Assembly (NCBI GenBank): GCA_951406725.2
Contig: OX597815.1
Span: forward strand, 40,920,001 to 40,984,000
Source: Octopus vulgaris
Lineage: Eukaryota
Reading direction: 5' to 3'
Length of the DNA: 64,000 nucleotides
Shown here: positions 1 to 13,541 of the stretch, in pieces
How the letters are laid out: the number at the start of each line of letters is the position of its first letter
Numbering within the stretch: position 1 is the first letter of the stretch
Translations under genes and position numbers: made by a program
Notes under the pieces: generated by a model
Seen by the model: only the letters and a program-made list of their open reading frames with translations
What the model was told of the DNA's origin: nothing
The model's database searches: none

Positions 1-133
1 ACCCCGCTTAGATACTAAAGATGGTGCTATGGCCTTATCTTTGATATCTTTCTTGCTTATTTAAATTCAGTTCAATGCACACTTGCCTTGAACCAACCAT
101 TTCTCTTTGTGTGTGTGTGTGTGTGTTCTTGAT

Positions 134-660
134 AATCGTTTAGAACAAGTTGTTTTACACCTATTACACTATTTTTTGTTTGTTTTTGTGCCCAGGTCAG
201 ACCCTCAGATGCTTTCGGAAATTCACGATGTGAATTTTCCAAGGCCTCTCCCCCACCCTACTTTCGCGAGCGCACATTTTTTTGTCATATTCGTTTAGAG
301 CAAGTTGTTTTACACCTATTATACTATTTTTTCTTGTTTTTGTGTCCGGAAATTCACGATGTGAATTTTCCGAGTCCTCTCCTCCACCCACCCCCTTTCC
401 CGAGCGCGCAATTTATTTGTCATTTTCTTTTGGAGCAAGTTGTTTTACACCTATAACACTATTTTTTTTTGTTTTTGTGCCCGAGTCAGACCCGCAGACG
501 CTTTCGGAAATTCACGATGTGAATTTTCCGAGGAATCTCCCCCACCCCCTTTCGCGAGCGCGAATTTTTTTTTGTCATATTCGTTTAGAGCAAGTTGTTT
601 AGCACCTATTACACTTTTTTTTTTGGTTTTTATGACCGGGTCAAACGCTTTAGTTTGACC
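134..660. repeat. Tandem repeat, about 3.5 units of 135-160 bp
   Basis: Unit (at)tcgtttagagcaagttgttttacacctattacact...ggaaattcacgatgtgaattttcc...ccccacccc recurs at about 134, 288, 420 and 578. Confidence 0.85.
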
Positions 661-1084
661 CTTTTTTCTCCTAACAAAAATAAGGGATTTATAGTACATT
701 AGGCATTTGTAATGCATGTCATTTGAAAGGTATTTATATACAATTTCATTAAAATATATTTATTTTCCTCAAAGTTATGGGCGAAAACCTCGGATCATGT
801 GAAATTTTTGAAGTTCTCTCCCCACCCTCTCGGAAAGATTTTACCCACAAATTTCTTTATAACCGTAATGTATGCAGTCTGCAAGGTATTTATATAAAAT
901 TTCATTAAAATTTCATCCTAAAAGTTACGAGGGAAAAATTTGGATCTTGTGAATTTTCCGAAATCCTCCACCCTCATTGCTTTCTGCGCATTTTTGTTTT
1001 CATATTCGTTTCCTACACTTTTTTTAAAACCCGTTGCACTATTTTCCCCCATTTCTGGGTAATATTGTAAACATTAACCATAAA

Positions 1085-1881
1085 ACGCTCAAAAAAATTA
1101 TTTCCAAGTGAAATCGAGACTAGAAAGGGGATTTCCGAGGTTCCACCCCACCCCCCCCCGTCCGTTTTCCGAGGAAAGAATGCATTTTCGACAGTTCACG
1201 AGGTCAACTAAGATGATTGCACCCCCCAAAAACCGCGGGGAAAAGTTATTTAGCATCGAAATCGTGTCTAGTGGGAAACTATAAATTTACTTGAACCGGT
1301 TACATCAGACAAACAATATTACAGAGGAAAGCAAAAATCATAAAAGGAAATAATTACAAATTTTAGGTGAAAGGAAGTGTGTTAAAAAACAACTGCGGTT
1401 TTCACAAATTGTACAAAAATATGAGATGCATAGAAACAGTAGTAGACTTGTCCGACAGTATGTTGAAGTTTCGGAGTACCGGTTGCTTACACACGCTTTT
1501 GAACAAATGGAATAGGAAACGTCTTACCTGTTTGAACGTACATGTAAACACTATTGTTGTGATAGCCTTTCTCCATATACATATGTGTGCGTGGGCACAT
1601 GCGTATTTGTGTTTGGGAAGTCCCCGCCACTATAAATAACTTGGTAAGAACAAATAATAGCGATGATGAAATAATAGTGTTTGAAAGTCCATTTCATTAT
1701 GACTTCGAGAGAGAAGGTATGAGTTGATGTGTGTGTGTGTGAGAGAGAGAGGGAAAGTGTGTGTTGCTGTGTGTGTTTGACAGAGAAAAAGAGAGAGATA
1801 GCGTGAATTTTATTCATTTACTTTTTCTCACAATTTTTTAGTGTATGACAGAGAGAGAGAGAGAGAGAGGCGTTACGCTAT

Positions 1882-1919
<38 letters not shown>

Positions 1920-1983
1920 CAATGACTCAAAATGAAGTGAGGAAAAATAAAAAATATGTACGCTGTCACTTTCTCTCTCACAC

Positions 1984-2014
<31 letters not shown>

Positions 2015-2815
2015 ACATCAACGCACCTCTTTCTCTCTCTCTCTCTCACACACATATATACCCTCAGGCCTTCAAGCAGTTTATCCACATGCTTGAAATA
2101 ACAGCCAAATCTCACAAAACTGCGATAGCATAATGTAATCAATCTACTCACCTTCAAAAACGCATTTTTTGGGTCCCCACCCTCTTTTTTTCCGAACAGA
2201 AATAAGGGATTTAGGCGAAACTTCGCCAAAAAAAAAGTTCAAAAAATGATTTCCAAGTGAAATCGGGACCGGAAAGGGGATTTTCCGAGGTTCCACTCCA
2301 ACTCACCCCCTTCGTTTTCCGAGGAAGCAATGCATTTCTGACAGTTCACGAGGTCAACTAAGACGATTGCACCCCAAAAAAACCGCGAGAAAAAAGTCAT
2401 TTAGCATTGAAATCTTGTCTAGTGTGAAACTATAAATTTACTTGAACCGGTTACATCAGACAAACAATATTACAGAGGAAAGCAAAAATCATAAAAGGAA
2501 ATAATTACAAATTTTAGGTGAAAGGAAGTGTGTTAAAAACAACTGCGGTTTTCACAAATTGTACAAAAATATGAGATGCATAGAAACAGTAGTAGACTTG
2601 TCCGACAGTATGTTGAAGTTTCGGAGTACCGGTTGCTTACACACGCTTTTGAACAAATGGAATAGGAAACGTCTTACCTCTTTGTATGCACATGTAAACA
2701 CTACTGTTGTGATAGCCTCTCTCCATGTACGTATGTGTGTGTGTGTGTGTGTGAGTGTGCGTGGGCACATGCGTGTGTGTGCTTGGAAAGTCCGAGCCAC
2801 TTTAAATAACTTTTG
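1085..2815. repeat. Local tandem duplication, period about 1150 bp
   Basis: 1091-1640 matches 2240-2810 (ttccaagtgaaatcg at 1102/2251; gaaccggttacatcag at 1293/2444); explains the twin MYKNMRCIETVVDL ORFs. Confidence 0.9.
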
Positions 2816-3180
2816 CTGTGTAAGGAGAAGAAATAATAGTAATGAAACGTAAGTTGTTAAATATTGCTTACAGCCAGACCATCCGCTGGCTAACTTATGA
2901 GGTAAACACGTATTTACATCATAATTCCTGTATATACATTCTCGAGTGTATATATATATATTTATATTTATATATATATGAATATTTCAGCATAACTACA
3001 CACTTGTGTCCCAGAGATTTGCTTCTTCATAACCTTGAGAAAATTAAATATTTCTTAGTGAAATTTTCTATAAATATGCTTCAGATCGTGTTGATTCCGA
3101 TTAAATTGTTATTCATTGTGAAAACCGTTTGTTCCTAAAGGAGTTTTTTTAAAATTCATACCATTAATCTTTGTTGTATA

Positions 3181-5200
3181 TCATCATCATCATCTTTGTT
3201 TAACGTCCGTTTTCCGTGCTAGCATGGGTTGGACGGTTCGACCTGGGTCTGGGAAGCCAGGAGGCTGCACTAGGCTCCAGTCTGATCTGGCAGTGTTTCT
3301 ACAGCTGGATGCCCTTCTTAACGCCAACCACTCCGTGAATGTAGTGGGTGCTTTTTATGTGCCACCAGCACAGGCTCCAGGAGAGGCTGGCAGCGGCCAC
3401 GATCGGTTGGTGCTTTTTATGTGCCACCAGCACAGAAGCCAGTCAAGGCGACGCTAGCATCGGCCATGTTCGGATGGTGCTTTTTATGTGCCACCAGCAC
3501 AGGTTCCAGGAGAGGCTGGCAGCGGTCACGATCGGTTGGTGCTTTTTATGTGCCACCGGCACAGAAGCCAGTCAAGGCGACGCAAGCATCGGCCATGTTC
3601 GGATGGTGCTTTTTATATGCCACCAGCACAGGTATCACAACTACAATTTCCATTTGATATTTATTTTGATGTTGGTGTACTTGACTCAATAGGTCTCCTC
3701 AAGCACAGCAGGTCACCCTACTATCCAAGGTAAGCACAGCAGGTCGTTCTGCAATCCAAGGTACTTCGGATGGGCTGGGGCTATGCGAAACTGGTGCAGG
3801 AAACAGCCATGAACTCACATTATTTGTTGGGTCTTTGCAGTCACAGCATATCTCCAGAGATCTCGGTCTTTCGTCATTGCCTCTGTGAGGCCCAACGTTC
3901 GAAGGTCATGCTTGACCACCTCATCCCATGTCTTCCTGGGTCTACCTCTACCCCAGATTCCTTCAACTGTTTGGGAGTGGCACTTCTTCACACATCTCTC
4001 CTCATGCATCCATAGTACATGACCATACTAGCGCAAACGTCTCTCTTGCACACCACATCCGATCCTTCTTATGTCCTGCATTTCTCTCAGGGCGTTTACA
4101 CTCTGTCATGTGTGCACACTGACATTATACATCCAGCGGATCATGCTAGTTTCATTTCTTTCAAGCCTATGCATGTCCTCTGAAGTCACAGCCCATGTTT
4201 CACTACCGTGAAGCATGGCAGTTCACACACATGCATTGTACAATCTACCTTTCACTCTGAGCGAAAGACCCTTTGTCACCAGTAGGGGTAGAAGCTTTCT
4301 AAACTTTGCCCAGGCTTTTCGTATTCTAGTGGTGATACTCTCTGCACATCCACCTCCACTACTAACTTCGTCACCTAGGTAGCGGAAACTATCAACTACT
4401 TCTAGTTTCTTCCCCTGGAGTGTGATGGAATCTGTTTTCTGAGTATCTGTGGTGTCTATTGCCCCTATGCATCTGCCACACACGAAAGCTATCTTCTCAG
4501 TTAATTTTCCTTTGATGTTGCTGCACCTATTATGCATCCATAGCTTATACTGGGTACATCTTATGGAGTTTCTACCTACACCTTTTCTACAGATCGAGCA
4601 GGGCCACCTACCTGATGGGGTGTGGGATGAGTTCGCCTTCCTACTTACTATAACTTTGGTCTTTGCTAAATTTACTCTAAGGCCTTTTGATTCTAAACCT
4701 AGCTTCCACATTCGAAATTTCTTTTCTAGTTCTGGTAGTGATTCTGCTATGAGGGCCAGGTCATCAGCATAGAGGAGCTCCCAGGGGTAACCCATCTTGA
4801 ATTCCTCTGTTATTGCCTGGAGGACTATGATGAATAGAAGGGGACTGAGGGCTGAAATTTGGTGGACCCCTACGTCTACCTGGAATTCTTCACTATACTC
4901 ATTGCCAATCCTAACCTTACTAACGGCCTCTCTTTATAGGGTCTGTACAGCCCTTATTAAACATTCGTCAATCTTCAGTTTCTGCTTGCCCACCAGATAA
5001 GGGGTCGGGGGACCCTGTGAAAGGCTTTCTCCAAGTCCACAAAAGCTAAGTATAGGGGTTTATCTTTAGCCAGGCATTTCTCCTGCAGTTGTCAAACCAG
5101 GAATATGGCATCAGTGGTGCTTCTATCTGGAACAAAACTGAACTGCATCTCATCTAAGCAGACTCTCTACCTAATGAGATGGACTATAACCTTCTCTGTG
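3181..5200 (-). mobile_element. RTE-clade LINE, 5'-truncated and disrupted (RT C-half, 3' UTR, (GAT)n tail)
   Basis: LLYADDL, VNLAKTK, VVDSFRYLG, LRVKGRLYNAC and GRGRPRKTWDEVV motifs; ends in ggacgttaaac...gatgatgatga on the minus strand. Confidence 0.92.
3348..3630. repeat. Alternating 62/67-bp minisatellite (129-bp higher-order unit) in the RTE 3' UTR
   Basis: gtgctttttat(g/a)tgccacc(a/g)gcac starts at 3348, 3410, 3477, 3539 and 3606. Confidence 0.9.
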
Positions 5201-5414
5201 ATAAAAAAGTTATGAGGAGTTTTAGCATGTGCTTACATCATAATTCCACCCAACCGCCATTGTACACAACAAAATCGTTTTAATTGTAGCAATCCTATCT
5301 GTTTTTCAGGCATCATCTTGTTTCAAGATGCCAGGTGTGGTTTGAATGGATTGGCTGCTATTTCTGGTCAAATATGCCTCCACTCAATGTCGAATTGAGG
5401 ACCAGACTTCATAT

Positions 5415-5640
5415 ACTTGCGAGGTGGTGGAATCGTTACAGCATCAGAAAAAACGCTATGGAAGTATGCTTTCTGACTCTATGTTCTGAGTTCAAATCCC
5501 ACTGTGATAACTTTTCCTTTCATCTCTTCAGTATGAAAAAAATAAATTATCTGTCAAGTACTGATGATGTTTTATAATCAACTAGTCCCTAGCCTTCTCT
5601 AACCTTCAAAATCGCTGTCTTTCAGTTTAAATCAGAAAAC
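5415..5640 (+). mobile_element. Degenerate tRNA-derived SINE (same family as 39190-39420); paralogous copy at about 33268-33500
   Basis: B-box-like gagttcaaatcc followed by actttt/gcctttcatc...aagtac core; similarity to the 39190 SINE. Confidence 0.6.
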
Positions 5641-5861
5641 ATTATTTGTTGTTGTGTTGTCTCAGGTTTGCTCTAATGGAGCTCACAGGTAGTCAGTGAA
5701 ACGATTACACTTTAGGCACACCTCTGCTTTTCAGCTGTTCCTGAATAGAGGACAAGGGATAAGAAATAATAAAAAGACTGAAAAAGGACCCTCTAAATGG
5801 TCTGTAGTAATGACTATACAACTGAACCTAGCGCAAACAATTTGAAATGAATTGTCTAAAA

Positions 5862-6119
5862 CAATGGTTCTCAACTAATTTTTGTCTATGGATCCCTTTG
5901 ATTGCTATCTTACTCTACGGGATCCTCATAACCATCTGATATTTAAAAAATCCTATTGTATTTTTATAATTAAGTTTTATTGAGAATTGCTTAAAATATT
6001 TTTATGTAATTGCATAAAATAAATTTGTTAAAATATTTTGTGCATTGTAGAAACATCAGCAATTTATTACACCAACTTCAACAACAAAATCTCTTATGAA
6101 CCCTTGTTTAGAACCACTG
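5862..6119. mobile_element. hAT (Charlie/Buster-type) MITE
   Basis: TIRs caatggttctcaac / gtttagaaccactg; perfect 8-bp TSD GTCTAAAA at 5854-5861 and 6120-6127. Confidence 0.85.
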
Positions 6120-6179
6120 GTCTAAAATTTGCAAATGATATTTTGGAAGGGAAAGGTAATGACCTGGCAGAACTATTAG

Positions 6180-6690
6180 CATGCCATCAGGCATTTGCCA
6201 TATTCTGAATGCCTTACTTCCCTGGGCATGGATACATTGAAACTTGGACGTCTGGCAGCTGACTTGGCAGACACCCATAAAATTATTGACCATCTTACAA
6301 ACAATAACTCAGAGCACCTTTTCAAACTCCACCTGTCTAACACCCGTGGACATGTTTACAAAGTCAGAAAACAGCACAGCTCCCACGACTTTCGGAAACA
6401 TTTTTTCACACTAAGAGTTGCTGAAGTATGGAACAAACTGCTGGCATCAGTTGTTGGAGCACTGCATCCTTCAAAACTTCCATGCTTCCTGAGATTCACC
6501 AACACCATACCTGATTTTCTCCCCTCCATACACACGCAAGCATGTATCTGACTCATACACTGTTCGCTTCCCAGACATTTGTACATTACTGCATATGCTT
6601 TATACGCACTTTTGACAAGTTGTGGTGCACCTGAGCACTGTATACAATAATTTCATTATTATTCATCATTATTATTATTATTATTATTAT
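6180..6690 (+). mobile_element. CR1-like LINE 3' fragment with (ATT)n tail
   Basis: LPYSECLTSLGM...NTRGHVYKVRKQHSSHDFRKHFFTLRVAEVWNKL, homologous to the C-terminus of the 35016-37845 element; shared 3' end gtgcacctg...cactgtatacaat. Confidence 0.9.
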
Positions 6691-9174
6691 TCAGTAGTTT
6701 TACTTTTTATAGCTTGCTTTCACTTCACTACCGAGCAGCAGCTCTGTGTGCCTTGGGTATGTGCTGTGATTTGTTGTGATGCTCTGATGGTTATTATATG
6801 GAAAGTGTTCTGCGTAGGATGTGTGCAGTGCCTAGTAGTGCAATTTTCTGTATGTTATATGTGTTTGTAAGTCCTGGTGTTTTTGTTATGTATTTGTCTG
6901 AATATTTTTTTATCATGCCTAATGTACCTACTATGATAGGAATTGTTTCTGTTTTCAGGTTCCACATTCTAGTTACCTCTATTTCCAGGTCTTTGTATTT
7001 TGAGAGTTTCTCCATTTCTTTTAGAGACACGTTGTCATCTGCCGGTATTGATACATCAATTAGAAAGCATTTTTTTCTTCATGATCTCTGATAACTATAT
7101 CTGGTCTGTTGGCCTTAATTTCTCTATCTGTGTGTATCGGCATATCCCAGAGTATGGTTGCTTTCTCGTTTTCTGTGACCTTTTCTGGTGTGTGCCTATA
7201 CCATCTTTTTTCTGTTGTTATTCCATAATGTTGGCATAGCTTCCAATGTATGTAGGTTCCAACTCTGTCATGTCTGTGAATATATTCCTTCTTAGCCAGG
7301 ACTGGGCAGCTAGAGATAATATGATTTATTGTTTCTTGTCCATCTCCACATATTCTGCAGTTACTTGTAATATTTCTTTTCATTACATGTTTTTGGTAAT
7401 TTCTGGTGGGGAGGCTTTGGTCTTGTGCTGCAATTAAAAATCCCTCTGTTTCTGCTTTGAGTCCTGAGCTTCTCAACCATTGCTGGGATTTTTCTTTGTC
7501 TATTTCTTTTGCGTTTAGTTTAGTGCAGTATTTACCATGAAGGGGTTTTTCTTGCCATCGTTTTATCATGGCTCGTTGCTGTTCTATTTTTAGTTTGGAT
7601 TTCATTTGTTTTATAGATTTTGTTGTTTCTTCATCATCTTCTTCTTCTTCTTTGTGTTTATTAGGTGGTATGATTTCTTGTTTGTATTTGTCAGCTTCGT
7701 TAAATACTGAGAACAGTTTTTTGTTTTGCTCGTGTTTTGCTGCTATCTGGATCAATTTTCCTTCCTTCTGAAGTAGGTATTTTTGCAGTCCTATGGTGGT
7801 TATTTTATAGTAGTTTTCCAGCTGTATAAGGCCTCTACCACCTTCTATACGTTGTATATATAGTCTTTCTATGTCAGATTTTGGGTGATGCATCCTAGAT
7901 CCTGTCAGTATTTTTCTTGTTTTCCTATCTATTTTGGACAGTTCATTTCGTGTCCAGTTAAGGATATTGTAGCTGTAACTTATAACTGGGACAGCTAAAG
8001 TGTTGATACCTATTATCTTGTTTTTAGCATTGAGCTCTGTTTTTAGTATTGATCTAACTCGTCTATAATATTCTTTTTTTATTTTCTCTTTCATTTGTGT
8101 GTGTTGTGTCTTATCTAGTTCATGGATTCCTAAGTATTTGTAAGTTTGGCTTTGGTCTAATTCTTTTATTTCATTGGTTTTATCTAGTGTGATGTTGTTA
8201 CTCTTAACTAGTTTTCCTCTTTTCATGGTTACTTTGGCGCATTTTTCTAATCCAAATTTCATATCTATTTCTTTGGTAAATCCATGAACTGTCTTTAATA
8301 GTGTTTCCAGCTGTTTGTCATTTGCAGCGTATAGTTTTAGGTCATCCATATATAAAAGGTGGCTGATCGTTTTGCCGTAACATTTATATCCGCATCCAGT
8401 TCTATTTAGCATATCAGATAGAGGTGACAGTGCCAAGCAGAAAAGGAGTGGAGAGAGCGTGTCTCCCTGGAATATTCCTCTTCTAATGGGGATGTCTTTG
8501 GTTTTCATGAGTCCCTCTTTTGTTTGGAGGTGTAGGACTGTTTGCCATTTATTCATAGTGTTCTATGAATTTTATGATTGTTGGTGCTACTTTGTTAATG
8601 GCTAGTGTTTCGAGGATCCATGTGTGGGGGATGCTATCAAACGCCTTTTTGTAGTCAATCCAGGCCATACTGAGGCCTTTCTTCTTTCTTCAGTTGGCTT
8701 TATTAATCATTAGTTGATCTTTACAGCCATATGAGCCCTTGCGGCATCCTTTCTGCTCTTCTGGGAACAGTTTGTTTTCGTCCAGGTGTTTGTTCAGCCT
8801 TTGCGATATCACTGCAGTAAATGCCTTGAACATAGTAGGGAGGCAGGTTATTGGTCTGTAGTTTTCTGGTTTTGTTTCATTTGATTTGGGAATTAAGATG
8901 GTTTTCCCCTTCGTGAGCCATTCAGGCATTGTCTCTGGCTCTGCTAGTATGCTGTTAAAGTTTTCAGCCAGCTTTTTGTGCATTCCTGTTAGATATTTCA
9001 ACCAGAAGTTGGGGATCTTGTCATGCCCAGGTGCCTTCCAGTTGCTTAGTTTTTGCAGTGCCTGGGTGACCTCTTCAGTTGTTATGGGGGTCCAAAGTTG
9101 TTCAGATGCCGAGTTTGTTATTTTCATACTCTTTTTTTTTGGCTGTTCGTTCGCCGACCATATTTCTTTCCAGA

Positions 9175-9176
<2 letters not shown>
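6691..9176 (-). mobile_element. R4/Dong-clade non-LTR retrotransposon (RT, CCHC finger, restriction-like endonuclease), 5'-truncated, frameshifted
   Basis: KAPGHD, NYRPITCL, RGIFQGDTLSPLLF, LYMDDLKL, AAQDQSL, CRICGDGQETINHIISSC, RHD, NRPDIVI, EKLSKYKDL; (TAA)n on both sides. Confidence 0.92.
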
Positions 9177-9350
<174 letters not shown>

Positions 9351-12019
9351 AGTTGTTTATCTTTATGTTCTGATTTCAAATTCTACTGAAGTTGACTTTG
9401 CCTCTTACCCTTATGAGGGTCAATAAAATAAGTACCAGCTGAGCACTGGGGTTGATTTGATGTAACTGACTTTCTCCCATCCTCCAAAGTTGCTGGCCTT
9501 ATGCTAAAATTTGAAAACAATATTTCGGGTGGAAAATTTCTTTGTAAAAGGAAATTCTTTTATATTTTAGATGTAAGGCTGTTGAAAACAACACTTATAG
9601 TTTTTAATTATGTATTGTACACAGAAATATGAAATGTGAAAGAAAAAAAGAAATAACCTAGGGTACATTTTCTGTATCATGCTGTTTGTTTATTCATGTT
9701 CCCATAACTTAGCTATTGAACAAAAGATTCTGATAAAATAAGTATCAATTCCTGATACTTATTCTAATAGAAAAGGTATTAATTTCTACAGTATCAAGTC
9801 TAGAAAATTCCTCCCAAAATAAATTTAAAAAAAACAAAAAAAAAAAAACAACTTCTGATATATGTTCCCTTAAGGTCTCAAATAGGACTTTACTTTTCTC
9901 TGTTACAACTAAAAAAAAATCTATATAGAACAGATAGGAAAACATATGAAAGACATTTTGGAATTATATTAAACAAAGCTATCTAAGAGTTTCCTGTTCA
10001 AATATATGAGGCTAAACAGTTACATAGCATTTTCTTATATATACCACACAGAGTAGAAACCTTAGCTAAGAAAAATACTTTTGTAACTGTTTGCGATCAC
10101 AAACTGAATTTCACTTTTAACAACCACTTGATGTGTAGAAAAATGTGTAGGTAAAAATTCCTTATTGTGTTCTCAGTGCAATCTATGGACACATAAGAGG
10201 TGCAGCAGTATCACAGGAAGGTTAATAGACAAAGGAGCATTTGTGTGTGGCAGATGTACATATACATCTATTACCTGTTTTCCTATCTTTGATCTCATTG
10301 TTTATATAGATATATTCATATATAAAAGATGTCATAAGTTTTAGTTCTGGCTCTACTTTAGAATGTGATTAAAATAGCCCTGTTAACACAGTTAAAACAC
10401 GTTATTGACTGATAAGCCTTTAATATGCTTGGTGGTATATTAAGGTTGCATAAAAAATACAGTGATCCTATGAGCAATTAATATATATGTGTATATATGT
10501 ATTCATGTATGTATCTATATAGATGTGTGTGTGTGTATATATATATATATTTGTATATAAGAAATAATTGATTCAGTTGAATTAGGTACTTAAGTTGAAG
10601 CACCAAGTCAGTATGGTATTATCCGCACACCTCAAAATAAAGTGAATAAAATCAAAATAAGCAACAGAATATCAAGTAGTGATGCAGTACAACTGTTTCA
10701 AGTGGCTCCATTTAATTGAACAGCTGCACAAATAAATAAATAGAATTTATATTTTCAATATATTTTCTATAAATTTATTTATTTTGTTTTTTATTTTGAT
10801 ATCCTTACCTATTAAACTCTTATCCCTTATAAATTGTTACTTCTCTAGTTCTTAAATAGATATTTTTCAGTTTATGCGAGATGGTTATACTATATCCATA
10901 TAAATGTATAAATATTTGTGTATGTGTGCATATGTGCACATATATAAATGTGTGTGTATCTGTACGCATCATTATTATTTTCTGATTCATGGCTTAAAAT
11001 TAATAGATAGATAGCAAGTTTATCTTTCTAGTTATTCCATAAGTAAATGCCCTGAGCTGTCTTTATAGAAACCACCTAATAAGTAATTAATTAAGTGCAT
11101 GAATGAATATTAAACTGATTCTATGTAATTTTTCCTTTTAATGTTTATAATTGATATATACACGCATTTTACCGATTTTGTTTATATTTTTGAAAATCTT
11201 AAATTTTTTTATACGGTGCCCCAGCATGGCCACAGCTCATGAGCTGAAACTAGAATCAATCAATCAATATAACAATATTGCTTATAAACAATTACCCATA
11301 GTACCCCAAAATAAAATTTCCTCTGTTTTAACGTCTTAGATTTCTTAGCATATTGACTGGTAATTAACATCATGATTTAAAGTCTTCCCTTACCCAGCCT
11401 CTTTTTATAGACAGTTACTTTATATCCAATTGACTACTCCTTATGTCTTCTTTCCTCCCTGAGAAAAAAGGATACCTATGACAATATTTATGACATATCT
11501 AGCCATGGGCTGTCAACTCACTCTTGTCCTTATCGAAATTGTGAATATCTATGTAATGCATGTGTAAAATTTCATTAAAATCGGTTGAGTGGATCTCAAG
11601 ATTTAACAACATGACAAGCACAGGCAGACATACATCTTGTGTTTTATATATATATCGATTACAGTTATTGGTCAAGCACAAGACATGCTTTTTTCAATTT
11701 TTTATCTTTCATTAACTTTCTTAAACTTAGTTAAAATTGCATACACTTTATGTTAAAATATTCATTGTATTATAATCTTTATTTTTATAAAATCTTTTTA
11801 ACTTAATTTTCTGAAGAACTTCTTCATATTCCCATTTCAGTTTTTTTTATTCTTACTTATCCTCTCCCACCCTTCTTCTTTCTATGTTTATTTACTCTCT
11901 CCCCTACTTATTCCCTTCCTATTTCTATCAGTCACCCCCTCTTTATATAGATATATATACATATAACTTAGATAACTGAGACTGGATTCGACCATCACTA
12001 ACTCAATAGTACCACCTGG

Positions 12020-13200
12020 AAAAGTCTTTTAGTTAATTGTTTTGGGACACCATGGACCATTCAAGCAGAGAGTTGTTGTTGGCTGAGATGTATCCAGGTG
12101 TAGGTGGTTTATCTGCAATTTTGTGGAGGAATTTGTTCAAGTACCATTTGAAAGTCGTGGTGTCTTGTTCTACTTTAATTTCTTTTGGGATAACATTGAA
12201 AAGTGCAGGACCATATACAGTGAAGAAATTGTGTTGCAATGTTTATTATGTGATGTGATCTCGACCTTTGTAGGGGACGCATTGCACGGGGGCCTAGTGA
12301 ATTGTAAACATAATACTGATATCATTTGGATGATATTGGTGGAATATTTTCCACATGGTGCAAATAATGTATCGTTCATGGCAGTGTTGCAGAGAATCGA
12401 GTTTCAGCTGTTTAAGTTGAGCCCAATAATCAAGTCCCATCATGCCATTTATTTTTCTTGTGATTGACCTTTGTGGCACTTCGATCCTCATTATGTCTTG
12501 TTTTTTGTAGGGGGACCACAACGAGCAGCAGTATTCGAGATGGGGCCTAGCGAATGTGGAGAAGGGAAGGATGATGGTTTCATGATCCCTAGATTGGAAA
12601 GTTCTGAGGATCCATGAGCACATTCTGCTGGCAACATCGACTTTTTTGTTGATGTGCACACTCCAGCTAAGATTGCTGTCGATAGTTACACCTAAGTCTC
12701 TGATATTATCCGATGGTTCAAGTAGGTCTCCCAATGGTAGTGTATATGGTTGTTTGAGTGTACCCTCTCTGCCAAAGTGGATGAGCTCAAATTTTTCTTC
12801 GTTCAACTGCATATTAATTTTTTGTGCCCACTGGGTTACTGCACATAGATCCAATTGAAGCATTGTTCAATCATATGCTCCCTTAATGACTTTCTGGAGC
12901 TTTGAGACATCTGCAAATATTTTTATGGTGCTATGTTCAATGTAATCTGCAATGTCATTGATACAGACAATAAAAAGAAGTGGACCCAGCACAGTACCCT
13001 GCAGGGCTCCGCTGATGACTTTTGCTGGTCTTGAGTGGATGCCGTCAACCACAACATGCTGGGTTCTGTTTGTTAGGAAATGCCTAATCCTTTGAAGTAG
13101 CCTTCCACCAACATTGAATAGTTTTCTTTAACAATATATTGTGTTTGACTCTGTCAAAGGCCTTGCTGAAATCAAGGTATATGACATCTGTGTTGGAGCC
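12020..13200 (-). mobile_element. CR1/L2-group LINE RT and C-terminal fragment, degenerate
   Basis: SGALQGTVLGPLLF, KIFADVSKL, IRDLGVTIDSNLSWSVHI, RPHLEYCCSLWSP, GPALFNVIP...FKWYLNKFL..IADKP. Confidence 0.88.
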
Positions 13201-13541
13201 CTCAGTGCATTTAAGATGTCATATATATATATATATATCTTTCTATCTGTCTCTTCTGTTTTTCTCTACTCCATTCTTCCTCTTTCTGTGTTTGTTTACT
13301 CTCTTCTTAACTTATTCTCTTTCCCTTTCTGTCAATTCTCTTTTAATCCTCCTGTCTATGAGTCCTCCCCTCTCTCTATATCTATCTCTCTACCTTTCTG
13401 TCTGTCTATTTTACTCTTACTTATCCTCTCTCACTCTTATTCTTTCTGTGTTTGTTTACTCTCTCTCCTGCTTATTCTCCTCCTCTTTCTATCAGTTATG
13501 TCCTCTTTATATATCTATCTTTCTATCTTAAAAAACAAGAA

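Noticed and set aside
217-530. Palindromic GGAAATTCAC-GAT-GTGAATTTTCC as NF-kB enhancer array
   Set aside because: Part of a tandem repeat unit 16 kb downstream of IAP-1; imperfect consensus and no supporting context.
2874-2901. Possible plus-strand micro-exon (cttacag|...gag|gtaaac, QTIRWLTYE)
   Set aside because: No partner exons or recognisable homology; chance splice-like signals are common.
3348-3630. CRISPR-like repeat-spacer appearance
   Set aside because: Spacers repeat (A-B-A-B), the array lies in a eukaryotic LINE 3' UTR, and there are no cas genes.
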